NCBI GenBank assembly: GCA_023380305.1
Contig: JAMCQZ010000006.1
Span: forward strand, 1 to 58,281
Source of the DNA: Patescibacteria group bacterium
GTDB taxonomy: Bacteria > Patescibacteriota > Minisyncoccia > UBA6257 > Colwellbacteraceae
DNA length: 58,281 nucleotides
Reading direction: 5' to 3'
Part shown: positions 58,112 to 58,281 of the stretch, piece by piece
Position numbering within the stretch: the first letter of the stretch is position 1
Layout: every line of letters begins with the position of its first letter
Notes under the pieces: generated by a model
Told to the model about the DNA's origin: nothing
Seen by the model: only the letters and a program-made list of their open reading frames with translations
Database searches by the model: none
Made by a program: the position numbers and the translations under genes

Positions 58112-58281
58112 ATGTTTTTTCATTCCTCCCCCCGTATTCTCCACCCCGGCTTCCCCCCGTCCCAAACCCGCAGTTTGGGACGGGGTTTCACCCTCCTCGA
58201 ACTCCTCCTTGTCATAGGAATCCTTGGAATCCTCGGAGGAATCACCTTCGTAGCCTTGAATCCCCAGGAACTCATCGCCGA
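58112..58281 (+). CDS. 5' part of a type IV pilin gene, runs off the window
   Basis: Translated by hand: MFFHSSPRILHPGFPPSQTRSLGRG|FTLLELLLVIGILGILGGITFVALNPQELIA. Not in the ORF track. Confidence 0.85.
   Translation, partial: MFFHSSPRILHPGFPPSQTRSLGRGFTLLELLLVIGILGILGGITFVALNPQELIA

Noticed and set aside
57977-58165. Minus-strand 62-aa ORF with an apparent GGAGGA site
   Set aside because: It overlaps the FtsQ-like gene and the plus-strand prepilin, which has a much stronger signature.

Overview
A 58 kb chromosomal segment from a Patescibacteria (CPR) genome, most likely Parcubacteria. Evidence for this: genetic code 11, AT-rich translation starts mostly without Shine-Dalgarno sites, homodimeric GlyRS, shortened AlaRS, L13 and RpoA, and a CPR-style pilus locus. 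The window holds six aminoacyl-tRNA synthetases (Gly, Met, Leu, Ala, Lys, Ser), five tRNA genes (three Ser, two Ala), a complete comF-pilMNOP-pilB-pilT-pilC-pilA-pilD-minor pilin locus, groES/EL, lemA-htpX, ddl-dnaG-rpoD, and the infA-rpmJ-rpsM-rpsK-rpsD-rpoA-rplQ-rplM-rpsI cluster. It has no CRISPR array, reverse transcriptase, integrase or classical transposase. The most unusual signals are: (1) a small GIY-YIG nuclease ORF, missed by the ORF track, between tRNA-Ser(GGA) and a duplicated copy of that tRNA's 5' end, with the copy broken by a 34-nt palindrome; (2) a type IV pilin fused to tail-fibre-like repeats, next to a surface protein with 30 Cys in its C-terminal region; (3) a P1B ATPase with C-A-D-D in place of the CPC metal motif, behind a long structured leader; (4) hairpins abutting the prepilin cleavage-site codon in two pilin genes; (5) a divergent second Gre factor, an RpoA lacking its C-terminal domain, and many extended -10 promoters; (6) an FtsA-like plus baseplate-J-like gene pair. 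All calls come from reading the sequence; no database searches were run.
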